Of a DNA stretch of 64,000 nucleotides, positions 21,150-31,347 are shown piece after piece. The position numbers and the translations under genes were made by a program. This stretch comes from Hyaloraphidium curvatum SAG 235-1 (Eukaryota > Fungi > Monoblepharomycota): NCBI GenBank assembly GCA_025558095.1, contig JAIVFI010000033.1, forward strand, positions 1 through 64,000, written 5' to 3'. Numbering within the stretch: the first letter of the stretch is position 1; every line of letters starts with the position of its first letter. The notes beneath the pieces were generated by a model, which saw only the letters and a program-made list of their open reading frames with translations, made no database searches and had not been told where the DNA came from.

Positions 21150-22202
21150 ATGGCCCACTCGCTCGCGCTCGACCGCCTCGCGGCGTGGATGTCCACCGCC
21201 ACGCCCTCCCTCGGCGCGCCCGTGTCGGCGTCGCAGTTCACCTCGGGCGAGGGCAACCCGACGTTCCTGCTCGCGCTGTCGGACGGAACCCGCGCGGTGC
21301 TCCGCAAGCGCCCGCCCGGCACGACCTCCCGCGCGCTGCACCGCGTCGACCGCGAGTATTACATCCTGCGCGCGCTGGCGGGCCGCGGCGGGGTGCCCGT
21401 GCCGCGCCCGTTCGCCCTGTGCCTCGACGACCGCGTGGTCGGCACGCACTTCTTCCTGATGCAGTTCCTGGACGGCAAACCGGTGTTTGCCTCGCGCACG
21501 CTGGCGGAGGTCGCGGACGCGGGGGAGCGGTGGGGCTACTACCGTTCGGCAGTAAGGGCGCTGGCGGCGCTGCAGGCGGTCCCCTGGCGGGAGCTGGACC
21601 TGCCCGAATCGATCGCCTCAAAGGTTGGGGGCTTCTACGAGCGGCAGCTGGCCATGTGGGAGGTGCTCGCCCGGGAGCAGGCCGGGGGCCTTCCGCACCG
21701 CTTCGGGGACATGGTGGCGTGGATACGGGGACACCTCCCCGCAGACGAGACCTGCGTCGTGCAGGGAGATTTCACCCTGAACAACGTCATGTTTTCGCGG
21801 GAGGGCACCGATGTGCTCGGGATCCTGGACTGGGAGCGCTGGGCGCTCGGGCATCCCTACCACGACATCGCCGTGTTCGTCATGAGCAAGTACTGGAACG
21901 CCGACGCCCTGCGCGAAATCAACGCTACGGGAGGGGGGTCGGACCGGGGAATTCCGAATGGGGAGCAGCTGGAGCGGTGGTACTGCGAGGACACGGGGCG
22001 CGCCTACCCCCTCCCCGGCTTCGCGGGCGCACTGGCCTACGCCGCGTTCCAGATGCTCGTCGGTGCGCGGGAGGTGGCGGGCCGGGCGGCGGCCGGCACG
22101 GGGAACAGCCCGAGGGGCGCGGGGGTTTCGGCGTTCCTGCCGGAGCTGGAGAAGCTAGTGCTGCGGTTCGTGGACGGGGACGGGAAGCCGGCGAGATTGT
22201 AG
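21150..22202 (+). CDS. APH-family phosphotransferase (ACAD10/11 N-terminal kinase-like)
   Basis: QFTSGEGNPTFLL, VLRKRPPG, HRVDREY, QGDFTLNNVMF, ILDWE..LGHP..D. Ends in ARL. Confidence 0.88.
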   Translation: MAHSLALDRLAAWMSTATPSLGAPVSASQFTSGEGNPTFLLALSDGTRAVLRKRPPGTTSRALHRVDREYYILRALAGRGGVPVPRPFALCLDDRVVGTHFFLMQFLDGKPVFASRTLAEVADAGERWGYYRSAVRALAALQAVPWRELDLPESIASKVGGFYERQLAMWEVLAREQAGGLPHRFGDMVAWIRGHLPADETCVVQGDFTLNNVMFSREGTDVLGILDWERWALGHPYHDIAVFVMSKYWNADALREINATGGGSDRGIPNGEQLERWYCEDTGRAYPLPGFAGALAYAAFQMLVGAREVAGRAAAGTGNSPRGAGVSAFLPELEKLVLRFVDGDGKPARL

Positions 22203-22539
22203 GGCATCGCGCGGGTGCTGGGGACCGCACGTGCTGGAATCTGCGAACCGAACTGTCGACGAGGTGCGAAACAAGCAGGGGTGGCGGAGCGCGCGGGGGG
22301 ACGCGCAGATCAAGCTCAATTCGCGAGTCCGCCGTCCTCGGTGTGGACCCACAGGGCTGGCAGCGGCCGGGCCATGGCCTGTACGTGATGCGCGTTAAAA
22401 GCATGGAGCTCCGTCGGTTTTCGATCCAGCGCGAGCTTGGCATTGCTGTTTTCGATCGGCGGCGCAATTGTGCGACCGGCGGTGCAATTCTTCGCAAGGG
22501 CAGCATCACGAAACCGTCGAAATCGCCAGGACAAGCACC

Positions 22540-24048
22540 ATGGGATGCCTCGCGCTCGTGTTCACCGCGCTTGTAGCTGTGCTCGCTGCCGGTGCTGCCG
22601 CCGCCACGGGCGCCCCGCCCGCGTGGGCCGCTGGACCGCGATGGTGGATCCCCTCCCGCTCGGCACCGCTCGCTGCGCTGACGTCGCGCGCCGCAGCACT
22701 CCCGGCTTCGGCAACCCCGAAGGCTGCTGGTACGTTGCTCCACCGGCCGGTCCGCGGTGTACAGCCGCTCACCGACCGGCCTCCGCAGCTGCGGCCGGCC
22801 GAAGGGCGCCGCGGCATCAACCGTTTGGAGAACGCGGCTGACGACGCGCACGGTCGTGCGCACAAAGACCGTCGCCGTTCCGGCGAGGCTCAGGCGGGAC
22901 GAGACGTGGTCGGCCCCCGAGCCCGGCGCCGGCGCCCCTGGCATACAAGGGCCCGTGATCATGGCGCGGAGCGTCCTTGAGCCCAGTGAGCCCGAGGTCG
23001 ACAGCGCCGATGTTTCGGGCGAGCCTGCCGGCCCCGAGCTCCTCCCCCGGAACCTGTGCCCGGTCTGTCCTGCCGGCACGGTGCCGCCCGCAACGCGGAA
23101 CTCGAACGTCAGATACTGCTGCATCAGTCAGTCCATAGGCCGCTGCATCCGCTCCTGACAAGACCTCTGACCACTTTTCCTATCCGCTCAGCTCGTGCGC
23201 CGGCCAAGATCGTAACAGCAACGAAGGTTCTCACGGCAACGGTGGTGAAGACACGGACGGTCAAATCCTTGCGCAACCCCGGCGTCGCTTCGGGAGCAAC
23301 CACGACAGCCGCACGGACCTCCGTTGAAGTGCGCACAACGGAGAAGGTATCGTCGCTGGCTATCAACTCCACTCAGCCCACGACCGTCGAGGTGGGGGAG
23401 ATGTGCGCCGGCATGCCCGCCGCAACTAAGCGTACAAGACAGCCACCTCCAACTACGACTACTCAGCCGGAAACCCCGAACCCTACTACGACGACGGTCG
23501 CGGCCATCACTACAACGACCATGACGACCACCACCTCGGCGACTGCTACGCGCACGACGACAGCCCCGCAATGCGGCCTCCAAGGGGTATGCCCGGACGG
23601 CACAAACTGCGACAACGACCTTTGCACGTGTCCGGACGGCATCCCCGTGACCGGCGAGCGCGGCAACTTCCTCAGCGGTCGGTGCGGCGATCGCTTCGTC
23701 CACATCCAACGCAACGTCACGGTCGTGCGGTACGGCACCTTCAGCGGCACCTACACCCTCGCGTTCGACACCGGCAACATCCCCGACCGGTTCGTCGTCC
23801 GCACCAACAGCTCCTGCGGCCCCGTGCTCTACGACTCGGGCTGGCGGGGCGAAATCTCGGGCGGTTGCGCGGCCTCGGCACCCTGCTGCGCTTCGGGGCC
23901 GGGCTGCGTCGGGGGCTCGGGGCCGTGTCCAGACGGCGGCGGCGTCGGTCAGAGCCCCCCTATCGTGTTTGCCGGAGGCGTCCGGCTCTTTGTCATCGGT
24001 TACGGTGTTTGCGCCGACACCAACTTCGCCTTCACCCTGAGCTGTTGA
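22540..24048 (+). CDS. Secreted Thr-rich/Cys-rich protein (multi-exon)
   Basis: Signal MGCLALVFTALVAVLAAGAAAA, CPVCPAG..RYCC motif, Thr-rich stalk, and a C-terminal Cys-rich domain with GNIPDRFVV..LYDSGWRG. Confidence 0.62.
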
Positions 24049-24383
24049 AGTGCGGAGAACCTTGGCACCGCTCAACATCTTTGTTCCGCAGCTAGTTCTA
24101 TCAAAATTGGCGGATGAAACCAGACCTGTTTTGAAGCTGGCGCGTAATAGGTTCGCAATCCATTGAATAATTAGCTTCTTTGCTTCCCTAATCGAAGAAT
24201 TATGTGTCTTGAACCGCGATCGAGGCGCGATGAATAGCGGCGACTACTGGAGATGGAGCTGCCGTGATCACAACGCTGCCCTTGCCCCTAGTCCGAAGCG
24301 CACAGGTATACTTCCAGCACCGTGGCGCGTTCATGTTTGGCAAGTAGCGCAGGGGCGGATTGTCGGATCTCCCAGCGCAAGGT

Positions 24384-25421
24384 TCATTCCCGCGGCTCCA
24401 CCACACCGGTAGTGCGATTAAGCAGCCCGAGCACCGCTCCCCACGGAAAGGCCCGCAGCAGCCCTTCCCTCAACCCATCCAGCCCCGTCGGAAGCTGCCT
24501 CCCCCCAATCCTCAGCCCCTCTGCCAGCGACCGCGCCCCAGCCTCCCCCTCCCGCCCCGTGGAGGCGTAGTAGTCCGCGTACTTGTGCCCCTCCGACCCC
24601 AACGACGGGTACGCTACCAGGCGGGCGGGTATGCCGATGACCTCGGCGAGAATGAGGCCGTGTAGGGAGCACGAGAGGGCGAGGGAGCACGACGCCAGGG
24701 CGGCCATGAAGGGGCGCCAGCGCTGCCGCGGGTCCAGGAGGGTGACGGTGCCGGCGGGGAGCAGGGCTAGTTCGGCGAGCATCTCCGAGGAGTGGCGGCC
24801 GTGCGGGATGGCGCAGGGCGTCGTGCGATTGGCGGCGGGGAGGGCCCGGATCTCGGGGAAGAGGAGCGGCAGCAGGATCGCGGGGTCGCCGAACGCCGTC
24901 GGAGGATCGGAACGTCCGCAGCTCGTCTCCAGCCATCGTGCCGTTAGCGGCCCCCGCACGGCCGCGATCTCGACCGACGGCTGCGGGCACGTGCCCTTCG
25001 CGGGTCCGTACGCCCCCGAGCCCCACACTGCGTCCCCGGGGCGCACCTGGTGCAGCAGCGTGCCCGTGGCCCACAAACAAGGCGGGTCCCATTCTTTGTT
25101 TGCGTAATTCCCGGCGGCGTCGACGACCTGGATCCCCGGCGCCGCGCGGGCGACCACGGCCCGGAGCAGGTCGGGCACCATGTCGTCGCCGGCATTGAGA
25201 CCGCGCCACGGCTCCCCCGGCGGCGGGAGCCAGCGGCACACGCGCAGCGTGCCGCGTGCGGCCGCCGCGTCGGGCGGGACGGCGAGGCCGACGAGCGGAG
25301 GCGGCGCCGGACCGTCGTGTCGCGAGGCATCCGGACCCCGCGGGCCGGACAGCATGCCCGACGCGGAGTAGCCCCCGGCGGCGACCAGCGCGAGGAGCAG
25401 CGGGAAGGTGCGCCGCCGCAT
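24384..25421 (-). CDS. Polysaccharide pyruvyl transferase family protein (ExoV/GumL-like) with N-terminal anchor
   Basis: NAGD, ATGTLL, VWGSG, AVRGPLT, GDPAILLPLL, IPH, SCSLHGLILAEVIGIP, KYADYY. Single exon. Confidence 0.88.
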   Translation of the reverse strand: MRRRTFPLLLALVAAGGYSASGMLSGPRGPDASRHDGPAPPPLVGLAVPPDAAAARGTLRVCRWLPPPGEPWRGLNAGDDMVPDLLRAVVARAAPGIQVVDAAGNYANKEWDPPCLWATGTLLHQVRPGDAVWGSGAYGPAKGTCPQPSVEIAAVRGPLTARWLETSCGRSDPPTAFGDPAILLPLLFPEIRALPAANRTTPCAIPHGRHSSEMLAELALLPAGTVTLLDPRQRWRPFMAALASCSLALSCSLHGLILAEVIGIPARLVAYPSLGSEGHKYADYYASTGREGEAGARSLAEGLRIGGRQLPTGLDGLREGLLRAFPWGAVLGLLNRTTGVVEPRE

Positions 25422-25624
25422 TGCCCGCCGGATTCTGCCACAGTGGGTGAGGGAAGCGGTCGACTTCTGCGAAGCGTCCCTATCGCCCCCTGAGTGACTC
25501 GAGAGCCTCGCGCGATCTCTCCGACGTCCGAATCACCCGGCCACCTTTGACCGACGATCGACGAGAAAAGAGGATGAGCGCCGCTTCCGCGCATCAGATT
25601 CCCCGCCACAGCATCACGACAGCA

Positions 25625-27464
25625 TCACTTCCACGGCGCCCTCACCCCGCCCCACTCCCCCTCCTCGAACCACGGCGGCACGAGCACCTGCCCCCGCACC
25701 CCCGTCCCCTCGCACCACAGCGGCAGCCCGGGGATCACCTCCCCGTCGACGTCCAGGATCCCGGGCTTGGTCCCCGACCTGCCCTGCCGCCCCTCGGGGA
25801 CGAGCACGAAGGCGCGGCAGCGCACCCGCGAGATCCAGCCGTGCTTGGCGCCACCGACGCCCTCGGTGACGGATTCCCCGGCCGTGAGCACGCCGAGCAG
25901 CTTGCCCTTGTCCGTCTCGCCCGTGAAGGCCAGATGGGCGTAGCCGTCGTCCCACCGCGCCTCGGGGGCAAAGAGCGAGTCGGGAGAGGCCCAGGGGAGG
26001 TTCATCGCAGTGAAGAAGACGAACTTGGTGCCCGGGGGTGGGGAGCGCCAGCCATTGGAAGGGGTGAGGGCAGTCACGGGGAGGTGGGCGTAGCGGAGGG
26101 GGGGAAGGTTGGGCGGGGGGGCGTGAGGGGGGGGGTCGCCGGCGGCACAGGGGTTGGCGTCGGCCGGGTTGGGGTTCTGCTCCTTGTGCTGTCCGGTGGG
26201 GGTGAAGGTGAGCTGGTCGCAAGCGGGGTTTGACGACGGGACTGACCTCCTCGAGCCAATAGAGCCGCGCCGAGTACTCGCGCAGCCTGACCAGCCTGAC
26301 GAGCGCCTGCACAGTGACGCGCGCGTAACCGGCCCAGCGCTGCCGCTCGGACTCGATGTCGACGTCCGAGGCAAAGGCCCAGAGGAGCTCGAGGTGGGAG
26401 AACCACGTGACCGAGTGCGGCTTGCCGGGAGGGTGCTGGGTGAAGGCCAGGAAGGCGAGCGGGTGCGTTCGGCCTGCAGGCGCAATGGATGAGATTCGGG
26501 TTTGGAAGAAGGGCCCCACTTCGGGCAACGTACCGCCAATCACCGCCCGCACCATCCCCTCGATCCCGCTGCCCTCGCCCATGTTGCGCGCCATCGCGTT
26601 GGCGCTCCCACCCGGTACCACGCCGATCTTGACGTGCTCCATCACCTCCTTCCAGTCCGGGCGGGCAAACAGCCCCTGCACCATCTCGTGGAACAGCCCG
26701 TCCCCCGACACCGTCGCCAGCCTCGCGTACGGCGGCCTATCGGGGTCCACCGGCAGCAAATCCGACGCGGGCAAGTCCCGCGCGATCTCAATCGCGTGCT
26801 TGGCCCGCTGCGTCTCGAGCATGTGCGGCTCGAAGCCCGCCAGGCGGAGCATGGGCGCCACCACGTCGCGGTACCGCTTCGGGGCGGCCTTGGTGCCCGA
26901 GAAGGGGTTGACGAGCATGAAGGCGCGCGGGGCGCGCTCGGGGCCGTTGGTGGAGCGCGGGATGTCGTCGCCCCGGGCCAGGGTGCGCAGCACGCGGACC
27001 CATTCCGCGGCCTCGGGCGGTTCGTCGCACTCGAAGGCGTGCCACACCACGCGGTAGCCCTTCCTCAGCCTTGCCCCGGGGTCGTCGGAGCAGGCCAGAG
27101 AGTGGATCAGGAACATTTTCGTTGGGGATTTGGAAGCCCGTTGCTGCGCGACCAGCGGGGAGTGCGCGCCCGGCGGGGGCAGCGAGGCAGCGAACGACGC
27201 GCCAAACACGCGCGCGAGGCCAATCTCGCCCGCGGCGGGCGGCACTTTTCCCAGCAAGCGATTCCGCGGCGGCGGCGCGGCGGGCGAGGCGGCGATGGGC
27301 TTCCAATGCACCGCGTGCGCGAAGACGGGCGCCCCGCGCGGCGGTTCGCGCAGCTCGAACTCCACGCGCGGGCCATCGCGCAATATGCCGTCGGAAGAGC
27401 CGAAATAACGCGCCCGCCCGTACAGGGCGACCGGGCTGGGCGGCGGGGACGCGGGCTCCGCCAT
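25625..27464 (-). CDS. Sphingoid long-chain base (sphingosine) kinase, DAGK family (multi-exon)
   Basis: VNPFSG, SGDGLFHEMVQG, PGGSANAMA, SDVDIESE, DVDGE. Confidence 0.9.
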
Positions 27465-27689
27465 TGGAAACAGAAGCGGCCGGCGCCGGAAACCCCTTGG
27501 CCCTTCGCCGAGTCGGCCTGTCGTCGACCGGATTGAAGCCTGTGTCGCGTTTTCATCGAGAAGTAGTTCCTCGGCATGCCTTCCGGGCGCCAGCTTCATC
27601 CCGACACCGTGGCACTGCTGGCCAACCCGCTTTCGCGGCGGATGGTGCAGCCTTTCGAGCTCGGCCGCACGCTGACGCACGATCTGCTC

Positions 27690-27810
27690 ATACCACCGCG
27701 GAAGGGTGCGAGGCGGCGTGCGCGGCGAGGACGGGGTGCAACCACTTCGATTTTGGGGGCGGAACGTGCGTCACGATGCTGGAATGCCAGACCGCGCTGT
27801 CGGACGGGGG
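27690..27810 (+). pseudogene. PAN/apple-like domain fragment
   Basis: TAEGCEAACAARTGCNHFDFGGGTC has PAN-like C-x3-C-x5-C-x2-F-x-F-x4-C spacing. No clear start or signal peptide. Confidence 0.35.
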
Positions 27811-28495
27811 GTTACGTGCTGTACGGCAGGACGGGGACGGCGTGCCCGACCGTGACCTTTTGAGGTGGGAACGACGCAGGAAGGCGGGTTGGCGATCTTA
27901 CTATGGCCTCCAGCTGCGAACAAGTCGGCGATGGCGTACTTACGCGTTAGAGCAGTGAGGACGGACGTGCGAGACCATAGAAGGAGACCGTGGGACCCAG
28001 TCATTCGCACCCCGACACCGGCTAACTCGGGTGGTCGAATACCTGTCCTCCACCACAATTGTTGACTTCAGGCTGCGGCCAACCTAGATTTCGGGGTGGC
28101 CTCGTCCCATTCACCGTACGGAGCGTGGCCGAAACGTCGCCCGAAATCGCCGAGTTCAACGGAAATTGCAACCATCCCTTTCGAGCCAGATGATCTCCCG
28201 AACGATCCCCGTTGCGTTGGCGCAACCGGAGCTAACTGACAAGATACGACGGCGCCTGGGAGCGATTTGGGCTAAAGCAAGCCATACGCACGCCTCCGCC
28301 CAAGCCCGGCTGCGTTCCAGCGCCCATCTACTCCACTCCTGGAATGTGGGTTCCCGAGATCCACGATAGTCCATCCGCTGGCGCCGGGTTGTGCTGCGTC
28401 AACGTTGCGCGATCGGCGATGAGGGGCGGCGGCGGCGGCCGGGGGGGCTGAAAGGCTCGGGCCGAGGCACAAGCCGCGGGCCCACCGGACCCGCC

Positions 28496-30394
28496 ATGGC
28501 GCCTTCCGCGGCGTGCGCGGCGTGCGCGACGACGGGGCTTCCGTGCGATGGCGGGCGGCCGCGGTGCCGCAACTGCCTGCTGGCGGGTCGCACCTGTTCT
28601 CCGCTGGGCGTGCTCCCCGCGGTGCCGCCGCCGCGGACGGCCCCGGGGTCGCCGCCGCCGGTCTCCACGCCCTCGCCGCAATCGCCCGACTCGCCGGCGT
28701 CGGCGACGTCTCAGCACTCGCTGGGCAGCGTGCCGCTCAGCAGCCTGCCTGTGGTGCCGCTCCCGGCGCCGCCGCTCTCGCCCATAGCCAGCGGCCTCGG
28801 CCTCGCGCCCGGCGCGTTCCCCGTGCTCGTGGACTTGTTCTTTTCCGGCAACGCTTTTTCCCTGATGCACCGCGGGATTTTCCAGCTGTCGAACGGGTCG
28901 CCGGGCGCCGCGGTGCTCGCGCCAAAGGGCGTCGGCCGCGCCTACCGCCACCCGCTGGTGCTGCTCGTCGTCGCGTGGATCGGCTGCCGCACCGCCGCAG
29001 TTGGCAGGGACGATTCGGCTGGGGAGGCATCGCTGGTCGACGGCTCGCTGGGCGCGCTGGCCAATCGCCTCCGGGCCGCCGTCGAGCGCGAGATGGAGGC
29101 GCAGTTCCGCCGCATCTTTGCCGAGGTGCGCACCGCCGGCGTGCGGGGGCGGGCGGCCATGACGCCGGACAATTTGGCGGTGGTGCTGGCCGCGCTGCTG
29201 TCCCTGCGGGCGTTCCGGCTGGACCGCTCGGGGCCCTTCACGAGCTTCCTGCCCTTCCTTGTCACCGTGCTGAACCTCATCCGCGAGATGGGCGTGGTGG
29301 CGGAGCTCGCGGCCGCGCGGAACCGGCCGGCGGACCCCGAGACCTTCGTGCTGGACCAGGAGTGGCTCTCGGCGCTGTGGGCCGCCGTGGTCTTTGACCT
29401 GAACACCTTTTCGGGCAAGCTCAAGGGCGAGGTGGTCATCCCCTGGGCCGAGATCAACCAGCTGCAGTTCCCGGCCGCGCCCAAGGTGGTCGAAGGCGCC
29501 GCGCACCTCTGCGCCGCCCCGGACTCGGGCCTGCTCATCGACGCGCACTCGTCCGCCCCCGCGGTGGCCGAGCGGATCGCCGACGTGGTCGCCACCGCCT
29601 CCCCCCGTCCTTACTCGTTCGCCGCCTCGGGCCTCCCCGCGTTCGCGTTCGCCGTCGCCGCGCTCCGCGCGCGCGTGCGCTCCCTCGAGGCCACGTTGGC
29701 CGGCGCCGCGCTCTCCATGGCGGACCTCGCGATCGTGGAGGACCACGTCCGCCGCGGTGCCGTGGCTCCCAACCCCGCCGTCGCGGGCCACCCCGACATC
29801 CACCGTCTCCTGCGCCGCCGGCGTGAACTGCTGGACGTCGTCGCCGCCCTGCGCTCCGCCCTCCCCAAGGACCTTGCCGCGATGCACTCCCGCGGCTCCG
29901 TCCCCGAGATCCTCGCGTACTCCCTCCGCACCTTCTCCGACCCGCGCACCTACGACCTCTGGACCCTCCTCCTCTTTTTCGCCTACACCGAGACCGTCCT
30001 CCTCGGCCAATCGCACGAGGTACACCCCCGCGCCATGCCCGACCCCATGGGATGGGACGGGCTGTACGCGCTCACCCCCGACTTTCTGTCGTCGGTGGAG
30101 CTCGTGGGCACCGCCTCCTCCTACGCCCGCTCGCTCATCTCGCACCGCCGCGCCGCCGGCGCCGTCCTGCCGCCCATCGCCACCTCGTCGTGGATCGCCT
30201 GCGCGGGCTTCTCCCTGGGCCTGGCGCAGTGGGTCCGGCTGCGGTTCCCGCGGAGCGAGGCGAACGCGGGGATCGCGGGCGGGTTGCTGGATTGCGCCGA
30301 GGGGTGCCTGGCGGGGGTGCGCAGCGCGGGGAGGTGGCATCCGAGGACGGAGGTGCTGGAGGGGGAGGTGGAGCGGGAGAGGGGGCTGGGTTGA
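28496..30394 (+). CDS. Zn2Cys6 fungal transcription factor
   Basis: ACAACATTGLPCDGGRPRCRNCLLAGRTC; LVDLFF..FSLMHRG middle region. Single ORF. Confidence 0.85.
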   Translation: MAPSAACAACATTGLPCDGGRPRCRNCLLAGRTCSPLGVLPAVPPPRTAPGSPPPVSTPSPQSPDSPASATSQHSLGSVPLSSLPVVPLPAPPLSPIASGLGLAPGAFPVLVDLFFSGNAFSLMHRGIFQLSNGSPGAAVLAPKGVGRAYRHPLVLLVVAWIGCRTAAVGRDDSAGEASLVDGSLGALANRLRAAVEREMEAQFRRIFAEVRTAGVRGRAAMTPDNLAVVLAALLSLRAFRLDRSGPFTSFLPFLVTVLNLIREMGVVAELAAARNRPADPETFVLDQEWLSALWAAVVFDLNTFSGKLKGEVVIPWAEINQLQFPAAPKVVEGAAHLCAAPDSGLLIDAHSSAPAVAERIADVVATASPRPYSFAASGLPAFAFAVAALRARVRSLEATLAGAALSMADLAIVEDHVRRGAVAPNPAVAGHPDIHRLLRRRRELLDVVAALRSALPKDLAAMHSRGSVPEILAYSLRTFSDPRTYDLWTLLLFFAYTETVLLGQSHEVHPRAMPDPMGWDGLYALTPDFLSSVELVGTASSYARSLISHRRAAGAVLPPIATSSWIACAGFSLGLAQWVRLRFPRSEANAGIAGGLLDCAEGCLAGVRSAGRWHPRTEVLEGEVERERGLG

Positions 30395-30479
30395 GGCGGG
30401 GACGGTCGGATGTGGCTCGGTCGGACACACGGTCTTCTGTCGCGGCCATTCTTTCCGACGTCTCTGCTTTCCACGTGCA

Positions 30480-31089
30480 CTCCGCGCTCCCGCAGTGAGG
30501 GGTGCAAAGCACGTAGAGCATGCGGTTCCTTGGGCCCACGGCTCCGTCCGGATCTTGGCCGCGTGCCCCGCGCCGCAAACCGCGCACTTCCACTGCCTCG
30601 AGTCCACCGCGCTGCGCTCCAATCCTCAATGTCCGGAAAGTCCCGCAGAAGGGTGGCATTCTCGAGAGAACGCGCTAGGTCAGCGGCTGGCAGCACGAAC
30701 GACGTTGGAATGCCATGGGCGTGCCGACAGGGTGGAAGACCATCAGAAGCGCGTCGCAGTGCTGCATGAAGGCAGACGTTCGACGCGAGCGCGCAAGTGC
30801 TGTCGAGAGAGAACCACCGGTTTGCGACGATGGTGACCTCCACGTCATTCACTCAATCTCTGAAAGCTCCACTAGCGAATTCCATCCGGATCCGGCACAC
30901 AATGTCGTGAACTGTCTGTCTGAGGTCCACTTGCACGTCTACATTGCTGATGTGTTTCGCAAAGGCTGCCCTGTCCATGGCGGACCAGAGTGGGCGCTCG
31001 GCCTCCAGGGGGGAAAGCTGCGATACGTCGATGACGGCATCGGAGGGAAACATGGGATTGCGCGGGTCGAAGACGTCTTTCGCCGCCAT
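30480..31089 (-). pseudogene. Interrupted hypothetical gene with a GATA-spaced C4 finger
   Basis: Protein-like segments separated by a stop (30853) and a frame change (about 30620). CAVC-x18-CSTC at 30509-30586. Confidence 0.3.
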
Positions 31090-31347
31090 GTTGTGCGTTT
31101 CTGTTGTTCTGTCGGGGGCGATGACATCGCCGGCCCAGGTGCACACCCCAATCACCACAAGAAAGACACGAGGCCGGCACGGGATGCTTCGAAAAGGAGT
31201 AATCTCTTGAGAGTGGAGTGGAATGGCTGAGCCGGACTTCGTAACCGAGGGAAAGAACGAGAGACCAAGCAGACCCAGTCACGAACGACCATTCATTCAG
31301 CCCGGCCCGCAACACAAGCGGCGGCCACATACAAGGCCCCCGGCCCC

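Noticed and set aside
28328-30500. 764-aa minus-strand ORF
   Set aside because: Antisense shadow of the Zn2Cys6 gene.
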